A program made the translations under genes and the position numbers. Under the pieces are notes generated by a model. The model saw nothing but the letters and a program-made list of their open reading frames with translations, was not told the origin of the DNA and ran no database searches. Below, one piece after another: positions 11,039 to 24,062 of a DNA stretch of 64,000 bases (position 1 is the stretch's first letter; each line of letters starts with the position of its first letter). This DNA is from Leucoraja ocellata (taxonomy: Eukaryota). Location of the stretch: positions 4,030,001 to 4,094,000 of the forward strand of contig JAWMAR010000070.1 of NCBI GenBank assembly GCA_036785375.1. Direction: 5' to 3'.

Positions 11039-14000
11039 GTGAGTGAAAGCCAGATCTTGATATTCCAATGTTCAATGTTAGTTGGGGTCCCGTGCACCCT
11101 TTCTACAGCACAGATGGTTAAGTGTGTGTAGACATGTAATGGGGGAGATGGAACTCAGTGCATTGTGGTGATGGATCTGAAATCACATTTGAATATCTAG
11201 ACTATGTTCGTAGTTTAACCACTGTTGACACGTGGTCTAATTGCATCCTGATGATAGATTATAGGAACAAAATAGCGAATGTATTTGGAGCAGATACTCC
11301 AAGACACCTGGACCGAAGGACAGAGGGTCTACCATCACCAGGACGTTAATTCTACACTAACAAAATGTGTTTACAACAGAGGTGGAAGTCACGATTGTGG
11401 ACTCATTGTGTCAGTTCAAATATTCCCTGCATTTGTCCATCTCAACTCTGTCGCAAACCCAACAATTCCCCGGAGTCTGAGACTGAACCACTGTCCTCGC
11501 TCTATCCACCCACTCCCAACTCTCTCTCCATCCGCTCTCGGATCCGCGGCCCAGTCGTGCTGAAATTCAAGTTCAGTTTATTGTCGCGTGTACCGAGGTA
11601 CAGAGAAAAGCTTTATGTTGCGTGCTAACCTGCCAGATACATGATTACAGTCGATCCTCTTACAGTGCATAGATACATGAATGGAAAATAGCGTTTAGTG
11701 TAAGGTAAGGCCAGCAAAGTCCGATCAAGGATAGTCCGAGGGTCACCAAAGAGGTAGATAGTTCAGCACTGCTCTCTGGTTATGGGAGGATGATTCCGAT
11801 GTCTGATAACAGCTGGGAAGAAACATTCCCCGAATCTGGCGGTGTGCGTTGTCACGCTACTACGCTCTCCGTTAATGGACCCGCTTTATTGTAACTCGTC
11901 CTCTGTCCTAAGTCAGGGCGTTGGAAAGCATTGGCGGCGGTGAATGTCTAAACACGGGTCGGCTTTCCGCGTCCGGGTGGGACTCGAGAAGGACCAGGCG
12001 CTGTCCACGGGCACCTGGGGGATTTCCGGGACATCTGGGCACCGCCTGCGGTTGAATACATCCTTGACAAGCATTGTAACATAGTTGTATAGTAGTGTAT
12101 TTAGTATATTTGTTTGTCTTGTATTATGGTGCTGGGTTCTTGTTTTATTGTAGTGTAAATATTATTTTTAATAATGGAATAAATTATTTGATAATTAAAA
12201 AAAACACGGGTCCGGCCCAGTGTCGGTTGAGAGATGAATGTTGGCAGCGTAGCCGGCGGCACCGCCAATAAAATAGCAAAGTGGGGTCTTTCTGTGGGGT
12301 GAGAGGCCGGGCACCGCCTGGGATTGTTGAAAGGCAGCTCCTGCAACACTGCCGCGCTCCCTCAGTGCCGCACTGCGATCCCAGCCCAGTTTCTGTTCAG
12401 GGATCTGGAGTGGGAATTGAACACAAATTGTACTGACCCGGGGACAGAACACCGACAGAACTGGTACAATAACATCACTGCCTGCAATTCAGACCGGAGA
12501 CATTGGGCGTGAAGCAATATGACATATCATGGAACTATTTAAGTTTTCTTTCATGTAATCTTCAAAATGTATCTATTTCCACTAAACTGTTCATTTGCTC
12601 TCCATCTGAAAGTTTCTCCCCTTCAGTTTCAGGTGCAGTGTGGGGAGAGATGTATGTAAGAGGGGTTGTGGGAAGTGCGATTACAATCGATTGTCACTAT
12701 GCAGCAGAGTACCGCTCACACACAAAATACTGGTGCCGTGTGCAGAATCGCCAATGTACAGATATGGTGGAAACAATTGGGCTACGCGGAAGGAGTGGAA
12801 GAGTGTCAATCACAGATAACCGGGCACGAGGAATATTTACTGTGACTGTGGAGGATCTTCTCTCTGGCGATACAGGATGGTACAGATGTGGAATTGCAAC
12901 ATCTAACGGCCTCCCAATGTTTCCCGTAGAACTCCTTGTATCTGACGGTACGTTTCGCAGCGATTGACTTGTCGTCTCCACTGACTCGCCACTTCCCGCC
13001 ATTCTGCAAAGGACCCGTTCACTCCTACTCTTTGCTTCCTGTCTGCCAACCAATTTTCTATCCACGTCAACACCCTTCCATGCGCTCTCAATTTAGTCAC
13101 CAGTCTCCCGTGCGGAACCTTATCAAAGGATTTCTTGAAGTCTAGATACACCACATTCACTGGCTCACCTTCGTCCATTTTACTTGCCACCTCCTCAAAA
13201 AATTCCAGAAGATAGTCAGGCATGATTTTCCTTTCATAAATCCATGCTGAATTGGACTAATTATTTTACTGGTATCCAAATGCCCCATTATTACCTCTTT
13301 AATAATTGACTCCGGCATCTTTCCCGCCACCGAAGTCAGGCTAACTGCTCTGTAATTTCCCGTTTTCTCTCTCGCTCCTTTCTTGAAAAGTGGGATTTAA
13401 CTTCACTTTTCACTTCAAGTGGAATACTCAGCGCATTTCCCTTCCTCTGAACTGTATGAAATGTCACCCGTCAGAAATTTGCATTCAGACTCAAACTAAT
13501 AATCCCAGTGAGAAACAAGTGTTGTTTGATCTGTCGTTGATCTGAAAGTTTCTCCCCTCAGTTTCAGATGCAGTGTGGGCAGAGAGGGATGTAAGAGGGG
13601 TTGTGGGAAGAGCGATCACAATCGATTGTCACTATGCAGCAGCGTACCGCTCACACACAAAATACTGGTGCCGTGGGAGGAATCACCCGTGTAGAGTTTC
13701 AGTGGAAACAAATGGGCAAAACGGACGGAGTGGAAGAGTGTCAATCACAGATATACCGGCACTAAGAATATTTGCTGTGACTGTGGAGGATCTTCACTCT
13801 GGAGATACAGGATGGTACAGCTGTGGAATTACTACACCTGGCGACCGTCCAATATTTAACGTACATCTCCAAGTATCTGACGGTACGTTTCGCAGCGATT
13901 GACTTGACGTCTCCACTGAAATGCCTGATCTATGTTCTCTCCGGGAAGGGTCAGGGCAGCACCGATATCCCGAGGCTCCGCAGCAGTGCAGAGACCTGCG

Positions 14001-17000
14001 GGGAACGGGCGGGGGTCGGGAAACCCCACTCATGTTGCTCTCACACAGTGCGGGCTCTGTTCCACTGAGCGGCCACCCACGTCAAGTGGGATGCTCAGCA
14101 CATTTCCCTGCCTCTGAACTGTATGAAATGTCACCCTGTCAGAGGTTTGCATTCCGACTCAAACTAATAACCCGACAGACTCCGCAACTCCCTGGTCAAC
14201 TCGTCCTTTCCCACCCCGTCCCCAGATACCTTCCCCTACAACTGCAGGAGATGCAACACCAGTCCCTATGTATCCCGCTTCTACTCCGTCCAAGGCTCCA
14301 ACAGTATTTCCGGGTGAGTCAGAGGTTCACTTGCATCTCTTCTAACCTCCTCTACTATATCCGCTGTTCCAGGTGTGAACAAGCGGATACAGTAGATGGG
14401 AGACCCAACGCAGGCTCGGCGATCGTTTCGCTGAACAATTCCGCACAGTGTTCCTCGGCCTACGCTACATCCCGATTGCAAAACACCTTTATTCACCCTC
14501 CCATTCCCAAACTGATCTTTCTGTCCCGGACCTCCTCCCCTGCAGAGTGAGGCCAAAAGCAAATTGGAGGAACAGCGCCTCATATTTCGCTTGGGCAGCT
14601 TACAACCCAGCGGTTTGAATATTGACTTCTCTAACTTCAAGTAACCCTTGCTTTACTCCTGTCTCCATCCCGCCCCATCCGAAGCCTCCAATTATTTTCA
14701 CTGCCCTCCAGCTTATATTTTACTGATTCTATGCCTTCCCTTCAGCTGACAATGATCCATTCTACATTTTTTTTAAACATTTTCACCTTTGATCACTTGT
14801 TTTCACACCGTACCCTTCCATTTCTCTTCTGTCTCCCTTTCTCATGATTCTCAGGCTGAAGAAGGGTCACGATTCGAAACGTCACCCATTCCTTCTCTCG
14901 AAAGATGCTGCCTAATCCGCCGAGTTACTCCTGCATTTTGTGTCTATCTTAAAGGGACGTAACATCCCAACATATGTTCTGCGGGACAACATTTTCCACA
15001 CATTGGGTGATATTTATATGGAACCTGCTGCCAGGGGAAGGTGTTAAGGCAGTTAGAATAGCAGCATTTAAAATATTTTTTTGATATTTGCGTAGATTGT
15101 GATCATTGCGAGTGATAAGGGAGAAACGTGGACATATGGAAATGGTCCAGAAAGACATGTTGATCGGCATGAATGAGCTGTTGTGATGGGCATCTTTCGG
15201 TTCTGTATAACTCTAACCTTCTCCAGTTTCTGGGCTTCGCACACTCACAGAGATGTAGATGAGCCGGTGAGATATCAACCGGACGGTTCGGGCTGAGATA
15301 AAGGGCTGCTGAGATTTAGCACGTGTTTGGTTTTTAACTGTTCATACAGGTGACTGAATGTTTGCTCCATTCCCACAGAACCCATGTCTGCTCCTGTGCT
15401 CAGATATCTGTCACCAGCAAATGCCTCACATCTCGGAAGCTCAGTGTCAGTGTCGTGTGAGTCTGTCCGTGGATCCCTTCCCATCCATTACACATGGTTT
15501 GAAAAGAACGAGCATTGGGTTTCAACGATCTTGTCTGGCAATCAACTGGATCTGAGTTGTGAAATCCTCGAAGGTCAACACCATCAATATTACTGCAGAG
15601 CCACAAATAATCATGGGACAAAATCCAGTGAAATACTCAACGTGAAAGTCTTCAAAGGAGCAGGAACGTGCAGTTATGTGACAGAAATGAACAATGCAGG
15701 TGAGTGTTATTCTCGTGTCCCTGAACCTGCTGCTATTCATTCACCTTGTGGTGATGTTCATGGATTTCTTGTTATTTGCAGACGGCATCATTGCAGCCAC
15801 CGGGAGCTCATGATGTAAAATGAGAGAGTTTGTTTGGGGGACTGGTAAATGATTGCCTGTTGCTTTGACCTGGGAGGTGTTGAGAAATTTCAGCAAATGA
15901 GAGAAATACCTGCGGGTTGAGTGCATTCCATCAAAATTATTTTCTGGCTGCCGCACTTTGAGACAGAGAAAGAAACCAAATTCATTCTGTTTGGATCCAT
16001 CGTCAGTTATAACCAAGGATGTACAATTTCATGATCATATTCATGATTTTAACTCTGTTAATTTGTGTTAAACTCCAGTAATCTCACAAAATTAAATTGG
16101 AATCTACTTGGCCGTCACTCCATCAAGTATAACCCTTACTTTTATCAAAGATAATTTTGAAAAGAACTTCCCTGTAGGTGTGGAGACGCTCATATTGGAA
16201 GTCCAGAAGAGAGTGTGAATGGTTTACATCAGCGAGGCCAATTTTATACAAGGCCAGTTCTTAATAAACTATTACAGTGTCATTCGCCCTTGAGTCTTTA
16301 TTACAAGATTTAATTCACCCTCCACTAAATGTTCTTATGTTCTTTTGGTTATTATCATCTTATTTTCCCTTGTGCATAATCTTTATAGATAATTGATTTT
16401 GTCACATGAGCAAAAAACATAAATTAACTAATTTACGCCAAAATAATTTCATTCGCCCTTGGGTGAACCATTCATCAGTTTAAGAAGCACTGGCCTAGGC
16501 CACAATTTCGCCGAACACTTATGTTTGGTTTGTCATGACCCAGAATCGCGCATGATAGACACCCCATCCTCAACCTCGCCCGCTGATGCAGAGCAGCAGC
16601 AGTTTGCACCATCTGCACGATGCACTGCAGTAACTCACCAAGACTCCCTAGACAGCGCCTTCCAATTGCAAGAGGCTCCGTGTTCAATGCATCATTCTTC
16701 ACCATTCACACCCATTGGCTGGGAAGCGCTTTGGAACGACCTGTGCAGATGGTGAGGGCCGGTGTACAGTATCTGTCTCTCATCGCAATCTAGGTGGAAT
16801 TCAACACAGCTAAGAAAATGAGTCGGCGGACTCCCTTGTATACTAGAATGTGTATGTTTGTGAAAGGCTAATTTTACTCTTCAATTTATGAAAGATTTTT
16901 CCTTCAGTTTCAGGCGCACTGTGGGCTGAGAGTAAAGTGCGAGGGGTTGTGGGAAGAGCGATCTCAATCGATTGTCACTATGCAGCAATGTACCGCTCAC

Positions 17001-20000
17001 ACACAAAATACTGGTGCCGTGAGACAAGCCGCCAGTGTACACATGTAGTGGAAACAAATGGGAAACGTGGACAGAGCGGAAGAGTGTCAATCACAGATAA
17101 CCCGGCACGAGGAATATTTACTGTGACCGTGGAGGATCTTCACTCTGGAGATACAGGATGGTACAGATGTGGAATTACTACACCTGGCGAACCAACATTT
17201 AAAGTACATCTCCAAGTATCTGAAGGTAGGTTTCTCAGTGAGTGACTTGATGTCTCCACTTTGGCAACGGGCAAAACATTTGTTAGGTGGGAATCTGGTG
17301 CACAGGTCTGGTCGCCGCTTTATAAAACAAAAGATGTGAAAGGTTTGTAGAGTTTACAGAAACATGTTCACCCGGATATTTAGTAATAGTTTACAAATGT
17401 AACATTGAAACTGATCCTGTGGCCCACAGAGTCCTCACCGACTAGCGATCACCGGTCACACTAGTTCTATGTTATTCCACTTCCCCATTCGCTCCCTGCA
17501 CACAATTCTACAATACCGCCATTCACACACCTCATTAGTGCAACAGTATCACTATCAACTATTTTATGCAAGGAAATTAAAAAGTTGTTGATAGTGATTC
17601 TGTTGCACTAATGAAGTGTTTGAATGTTGATATTGTAGAATTGTGGCAGAGGTTTAGATTAAAACATATTAACGGCAGATGCTGGAATTGTAAAACAAAG
17701 AGAGATGGTGCTGCTGTGTCCTGGCACAGTGGCAGACATGGTAGTTCTGGCATCTGGGAGGATGGAGAGGCACAGAGATAATTAAATCTGGTAAATTGTG
17801 TGGAGAATGAGCAGGGAAGACTTACAAGGATGTTGCGATGACTTGAGGGCCTGGCATACAGGGAGAGTTTGAGCAGATTGGGGCTTTATTTCTTGGAGCG
17901 CAGCAGGATGTGGGTTGATCTGATGGCAGGTAAAACATTATGCGAGGAATAGATCGAGTAAATACACAGAGTCTTTTACTCAGAGTAGGGGAATCCAGAA
18001 CCGGAGGACATATGTTTAATATGAGGGGGGAATGATTTAACAAGAACCTAGGGAGTAATGTTTTTACATAAAGGTTGGTAGGTACATGACATGAACTGCC
18101 GACAGAAATAGTTATGGCAGGTACTATCGTAACATTTAAGAAAATATTGGACAGTTATATGAATATGATATGTTTAGAGGATTAAGGGCCAAGAAAGGGC
18201 AGGTGGAACTAGTGCAGATTGGGCGTGTTGGTCAGCGCGGGCAAGTTAGACCGAAGGGCCTGTTTCTATGCTGTATGACTCTATGACTCTATGTAGATGG
18301 ATGGGTGAGATTCCAACCTGGCGGCTCTGGCTAAGATACAGAGATGGTGGATATTGGCGATTTTCAGATGTTCACTCAGTGTCTGAATGTTTGCTCTTTT
18401 CCCACAGAACCCATGTCTGTTCCTGTGCTTGGATTCCTGTCACCAGCCAATGAACCCTGTCTCGGCGGCTCAGTGTCAGTGTCCTGTGAGTCGGTCCGGG
18501 GATCCCTTCCCATTAGCTACACCTGGTATGAACAGACCCCATCTGGGGATTCAAAGATCTCAGACAACAATGCCCTGGATCTACCTTGTCAATCCTTCAA
18601 ACACCAGCACCATCAATATTATTGCACAGCCTCAAATAATAATGGATCAAAATCCAGTGAAATGGTCAACGTGTCCATCTCCAGCAGTGACGTGCCCTGT
18701 AGTTTCCTAGTGAAAATCAACGGCACTGGTAAGTAGTGGAGGGAATGAGGAGAAGAAGGGGAAAGTGGGGGTGGGGTGGTTCATAAGATCACGTGATAGA
18801 AGCAGAAATAGACCATTCAATCATGGCTGATCTATCTCCCCCTCTTCGCCCCATTCTCCTGCCTTCTCCCCAAACCCCCGACACCCTGAAATCCATGCAC
18901 GTTATTTAAATGAAGGAATTATGGCCCATTTGTCAATACTTGGTTGCTGGGCTCCAGACATAGATTCCCCAGTGCTGGTGTAGGCCAGCTTCCTGGCTAG
19001 AACTTCCTCTTATGTTTACACAGCTATAAACTGGGTTTGCAGTGACATCAGCCCAAGCATTTTCACTTTCCCGCCATCATCGCCACATGACCGACACTCA
19101 AATATGGGAAGGGAACAGAAACTAGCAGCAAATGTGGCCACAGTTAACTCGTGGACGACGGTATCAGATTTGGCCCACTGTGTTAATGTTGACCATTCAG
19201 TACCATCGATACTAATCCCATTTACCAGCACCTCGTCCATTGTGGCAATTCAGGTTCCTCAATTTTCTGCATTTAAAAATATGTCTTGAGACCCTTGAAA
19301 CATCGTGCTCCTGAACCTAACCATATGTTCTCCACATTTACACGTCTGCCGTGCAGATTTTTCTAAAAATACTTACTCTTTGCAGCTCACAGTTTTGCAC
19401 ACCTGTAATAGGTCCCCCATTCCTCACCTGTTCTGCATGAAGCCCCTCCCAACCCCTCCCCATAACTGTAATGTTTCATCCCAAGCAATATTCCTCTCAA
19501 GTGAAATTGCACTCTTTAGATTACATTATGGATACAGGTTTGAAACAGGCTCATCGGCCCACTGAGTACACACAGCCCAGTATTCACCAATAGACTAGTT
19601 CCATAGGGACAATTTACAGAAGCCAATTAACCTACAAACCTGCACGACTTTGGAACGCTGGGGAAACTGGAGCACTTGAAGAAACCCACGCGATCACAGG
19701 TAGGAGGGACAAATTCCGTATAGACAGCATCCGTAGTCAGGATCAAACCTGGGTCTCTGTCCCTGGAAGGCAGCAACTCCACCGCTGCGGCACCGTGCCG
19801 TCTACAGAGCCAACGTGGTTAAAAGCATTCCTGCTTATCATGACAACATCTCCCATTTGCTGCAAATCGGAAAATCATACCTCCTTGCTCAACTGCAAGT
19901 GAAAAGCAGTGAAACTGGATTTTATTTCCTTGTTCCAACAGGTCATGAATATTCTTGTGAAAATTCGATAACATCCAATTACTCTGCAAGGTAAACCGCT

Positions 20001-23000
20001 CTGTTTCCAATGAAAATTGCATGTACTAATTGCTGGTGTTTTGATTGGGAATGCTTTAATTGGGGGAAAGTTGTGCTTTCCTTTCACTGGCAATAAATGC
20101 GTGAGAGTATTGATCTGAATGCACAGTGGCAAAGCCTATAGAAACTCAGTCTCGCAACGCCACGACATAGGTTTAATGGGTGTTGTCTGTGTGTGATCTG
20201 CATGTTTTGCCTTTAATTGTGTTGGTTTCATTCAGTTTCCTCCCAGCTCCCAAAGATGTGCCAGTTGTAAATTGTCCCATGTGTACAGGAGAGTGGCTGA
20301 ATCTGTGAAGAATGGGTTGGGGAGGGGGCAGGGGGGTGGGTGGGGGTGGGGGTGGTAGTTGATGAGAAAGTGGGGGAAATAAAAATAGGATTGACACAGG
20401 AATCATGTGAATGCAGTTGACGGAAATGGCCTGTTTCTATACTGTGTTTCTCTATGGATCTTTGATCCAATTAACCTAAATGTCACGAAGCACAATTGTT
20501 GTACAAGTTTCAAGCCTGACACCAAATATAAACGTATCTATTAAATATTATTTAATACAATAAATATAACTGCAAACCAGTTATTAGTTAACTCATCAGA
20601 AGGGGAATCGCACTGGTTTACATCTCATTGTGTTGTGTACATGCTTGGATGATAAGAACAGGTTCCTCCATTTGATGCTTTTCAGAGAGCGCTCCCTGCA
20701 GTATTCAACATGATTGCTCCATCACTCACCTCATCCCATGCTGTGAGATTAATATAGTTCCCAAACCTTAGTCTTCCAGTTTAGCTTTGCTGTGAATTCC
20801 TCTTGTGTGGTGCTGATAGGAAAATGCTTTATGAATGATGGGCTACGCCACACTCCCCATGATATCACTTGTGGCAACACCTTGCCATTGATGGGGCCAT
20901 ACACCATAAAGTCGCTGGCGCAGAATGTCAGAAAATTGTCTTGAATCAGACCGAATACAGCAAAATGAGTTAACTGACTCTCTCTTACTCGTTGATAATT
21001 GAAACCATTAAACATTCAATCATAATATATTCATGAAAATGAGAACACTTTGTTATTTATCTTAATACAATTGAAATATATCTGACTTTCTATCACACTC
21101 TTGTGTTATACTTGCGTTAGCAAATGTTCATGAAAGCCACGCCGTTATGACCGAATCTTTAACCGATTTTTCGAACACAATTCCTCCATCCACACACTTA
21201 CCGCGTTGATGCACGAAGTATCCAGGGCGTGACATTAAGCATAATCATTTTAAAATTTATTTTATTAATTGGCCTCATCTGTTTCCATTTTTGTTGCCCA
21301 TCTCCCTTCCATTATTGGAATTGATCCGTTTTTATTATTCCTATCCCAATTGATTTTATTATAAACTTCCTTGCAGCTGCATTTTATTTCTTCCAGGGTA
21401 TCACACTGTTCTTTGTATCCTTCCACATCCACAGTTTCCCTCTCCCGTGAGTCTCAGTCTGAAGAAGGGTCTCGACCCGGAACTTCACGCATTCCTTCTC
21501 TCCAGAGAGATGCTGCCACTCCCGCTGTTTCTCCAACATTTTGTGTCCATCTGTTTTGTATTCACTGCCCCAACTCATTGTATTCCACTGCCCCGACTCA
21601 TGACTTATTTAGTCTGAAGAAGGGTTTCGGCCCGAAACGTTGCCTATTTCCTTCGCTCCATAGATGCTGCTGCACCCGCTGAGTTTCTCCAGCTTTTTTG
21701 TGTAATCTCGTGATTTATTTATATGTCTTGTCTGAATCCATTTAACCGCGTAGTCTCTCATTCCCAGTCTTGTAGCCATGCCCCAGCAATGACGTCAACA
21801 ATTGGTGATCATATGTTGTCCCCCCCCCCCCCCCCCCCGCCTCCCCACAGTCCAACACCCGTTCTTTTACAAAGATGGTCTCCACTGACGCTGCCGCTTC
21901 GCCCCGCTCCACTTCACCAAGATTATGAAGCAAATAACAGGTAAATGCTGCAAAGATTAACCGTCTCGTTTCCTCCCATTGACTCTGTATTTCATGCCGT
22001 TTGCCCAGTTACATCTCATGGGAAGTGGGGCGCTGGATGTTCTTTCTCCTGCTTGTGATCTGGAGTATCTCAACCGCGGTGTTCGCAAGAGGCTCAAAGG
22101 TAGGGTTTACTGTCATCATGTTCATAAATTATAGGAGCAGAATTAGGCCATAGAAACATAGAAAATAGGTGCAGTAGTAGGCCATTCGGACCTTCGAGTT
22201 TGCACCGCCATTCAATATGATCATGGCTGATCATCCAACTCAGTATCCTGTACCTGCCTTCTCTCCATACCCCCTGATCCCTTTAGCCACAAGGGTCACA
22301 TCTAAGTCCCTCTTAAATATAGCCAATGAACTGGCCTCAACTACCTTCTGCGGCAGAGATTTCCAGAGATTCACCAATCTCTGTGTGAAAAAGGTTTTCC
22401 TCATCTCAGTCATACAAGATTTTCCCCTTATCTTTAAACTGTGACCCCTTGTTCTGGACTTCCCCAACATCGGGAACAATCTTCCTGCATCTAGCCTATC
22501 CAACCCCTTAAGAATTTTGTAAGTTTCTATAAGATGCCCCCTCAAACTTCTAAATTCTAGCGAGTACAAACCGAGTCTATCCAGTCTTTCTTCATATGAA
22601 AGCCCTGACATCCCAGGAATCAGTCTGGTGAACCTTCTCTGTACTCCCTCTATGGCAAGAATGTCTTTCCTCAGATTAGGAAACCAAAACTGTACGCAAT
22701 ACTCCAGGTGTGGTCTCACCAAGACCCTGTACAACTGCAGTAGAACCTCCCTGCTCCTATACTCAAATCCTTTTGCTATGAATGCTAACATACCATTCGC
22801 CTTCTTCACTGCCTGCTGCACCTGCATGCCTACTTTTAATGACTGGTGTACCATGACACCCAGGTCTCGTTCCATCTCCCCCTTTCCTAATCGGCCACCA
22901 TTCAGATATAAGTCTACTTTCCTGTTTTTGCCACCAAAGTGGATAACCTCACATTTATCCACATTATACTGCATCTGCCATGCATTTGCCCACTCACCCA

Positions 23001-24062
23001 GCCTATCCAAGCCACCTTGCAGCCTCCTAGCATCCTCCTCACAGCTAACACTGCCCCCCAGCTTCGTGTCATCCGCAAACCTGGAGATGTTGCATTCAAT
23101 CCGCTCGTCCAAATCATTAATATATATCGTAAATAGCTGGGGTCCCATCACTGAGCCTTGCGGTACCCCACTAGTCACTGCCTGCCATTGTGAAAAGGAC
23201 CCGTTTACTCCTACTCTTCCTGTCTGCCAGCCAGTTCTCTATCCACATCAATACTGATCCCCCAATGCGTGTGCTTTAAGTTTGTATGCTAATCTCTTTT
23301 GTGGTACATTGTCGAAAGCCTTCTGAAAGTCCAGATATAACACATCCTCTCCCTTATCCACTCTACTAATTACATCCTCGAAAAATTCTATAAGATTTGT
23401 CAGACATGATTTACCTTTCATAAATCCATGCTGACTTTGTCCAATGATTTCACCACTTTCCAAATGTGCTGCTATCCCATCTTTAATAACTGATTCTAGC
23501 AGTTTCCCCACTACCGACGTTAGACTAACTGGTCTGTAATACCCCGTTTTCTCTCTCCCTCCCTTTTTAAAAAGTGGGGTTACATTAGCTACCCTCCAAT
23601 CCTCAGGAACTACTCCAGAATCTAAAGGGTTTGAAAAATTATCACTAATGCATCCACTATTTCTGGGGCTACTTCCTTAAGTACTCTGAGGTGCAGCCTA
23701 TCTGGCCCTGGGGATTTATCGGGCTTTAATCCATTCAATTTACCTAACACCACTTCCCGGCTGACCTGGATTTCACTCAGTTCCTTCATTTGACCCCGGT
23801 CCCCTGCTATTTCCGGCAAATTATTTATGTCTTCCTTAGGATACGCGTGCAGGGTGGATTTCTGTGCCCGGTGTGGGTTCGTTGGCATTGGATTAGCTAA
23901 TTCGTGGATTAGCATCTTGCAGACAGCAATGTGTTGGGAGTGGTCGGGTCAAATAAAGCGTGGTTCCCACTGTCAGAGAGTCTTCACATTTGACTTCACA
24001 TTTGTCTTTTGCAGAGACGCGATGACACAGAACCTCGCCACTCGACCCACGAATTACAATGA
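11002..24062 (+). CDS. Gene B (complete, 638 aa): MDIR/CD300-like receptor L-V-V-C2-V-C2-stalk-TM(Arg)-short tail, activating type
   Basis: Exons 11002-11038, 12627-12947, 13562-13882, 15379-15699, 16908-17225, 18408-18728, 19942-19990, 21851-21940, 22009-22099, 24015-24062 sum to 1917 nt in one open frame. Confidence 0.78.
11565..12200. mobile_element. Rex1/Babar-like LINE 3' fragment (-) followed by a Tx1-like 3' fragment (+); paralogous at ~27020-27540 and ~51265-51885
   Basis: Minus-strand ..TARFGECFFPAVIR..; plus-strand RVRVGLEKDQALSTGT followed by AT-rich tail and AATAAA. Confidence 0.45.
12627..12947 (+). CDS. Gene B V1 exon (V-set Ig)
   Basis: VSGAVWGEMYVRG..YWCRVQNRQC..DTGWYRCG; GACG|gtacgt; 321 nt. 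Confidence 0.9.
12990..13397 (-). mobile_element. CR1 RT fragment (paralogues ~29495-29778, ~54258-54660)
   Basis: VVYLDFKKSFDKVPH..WIENWLADRKQRV. Confidence 0.85.
13562..13882 (+). CDS. Gene B V2 exon (V-set Ig)
   Basis: VSDAVWAERDVRG..YWCRGRNHPC..DTGWYSCG; 321 nt, phase 1-1. Confidence 0.9.
14180..14950 (+). mobile_element. Penelope-like element fragment with GIY-YIG region and 3' terminus (paralogue ~55445-56210; tail only at ~29780-30130)
   Basis: FRVSQRFTCISSNLLYYIRCSRC..RRLGDRFAE; terminal CTGAAGA..GAAAC motif. Confidence 0.75.
15379..15699 (+). CDS. Gene B C2a exon
   Basis: VSCESVRGSLPIHYTWF..YYCRATNNHG; GCAG|gtgagt; 321 nt. Confidence 0.88.
16908..17225 (+). CDS. Gene B V3 exon
   Basis: Near-identical to 217-534; 318 nt. 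Confidence 0.9.
18408..18728 (+). CDS. Gene B C2b exon
   Basis: Paralogue of 1717-2037; 321 nt. Confidence 0.88.
19942..19990 (+). CDS. Gene B stalk exon 1
   Basis: Same as 3260-3308. Confidence 0.7.
21851..21940 (+). CDS. Gene B stalk exon 2
   Basis: PTPVLLQRWSPLTLPLRPAPLHQDYEANN; phase 2-2. Confidence 0.62.
22009..22099 (+). CDS. Gene B TM exon with Arg (YISWEVGRWMFFLLLVIWSISTAVFARGSK)
   Basis: AG/GT bounded, hydrophobic, phase 2-0. Confidence 0.75.
22149..23839 (-). mobile_element. CR1-clade LINE, at the same site as in gene A; RT ORF 22240-23178
   Basis: RT motifs SGVPQGSV, FADDTK, YLDFQKAFD; same insertion site as 5460. Confidence 0.92.
24015..24062 (+). CDS. Gene B terminal exon RRDDTEPRHSTHELQ*
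   Basis: Phase-0 acceptor; AATAAA at 24260 and 24277. Confidence 0.6.
   Translation, partial: RRDDTEPRHSTHELQ

Noticed and set aside
13921-14550. 209-aa ORF repeated at 55185-55814
   Set aside because: Runs through intron sequence into a frameshifted Penelope GIY-YIG fragment; its recurrence is explained by recent duplication
16459-16755. ORF DTPSSTSPADAEQQQF.. upstream of each V3
   Set aside because: Frame and length differ between copies (indel in B), no convincing splice sites; looks like a decayed repeat
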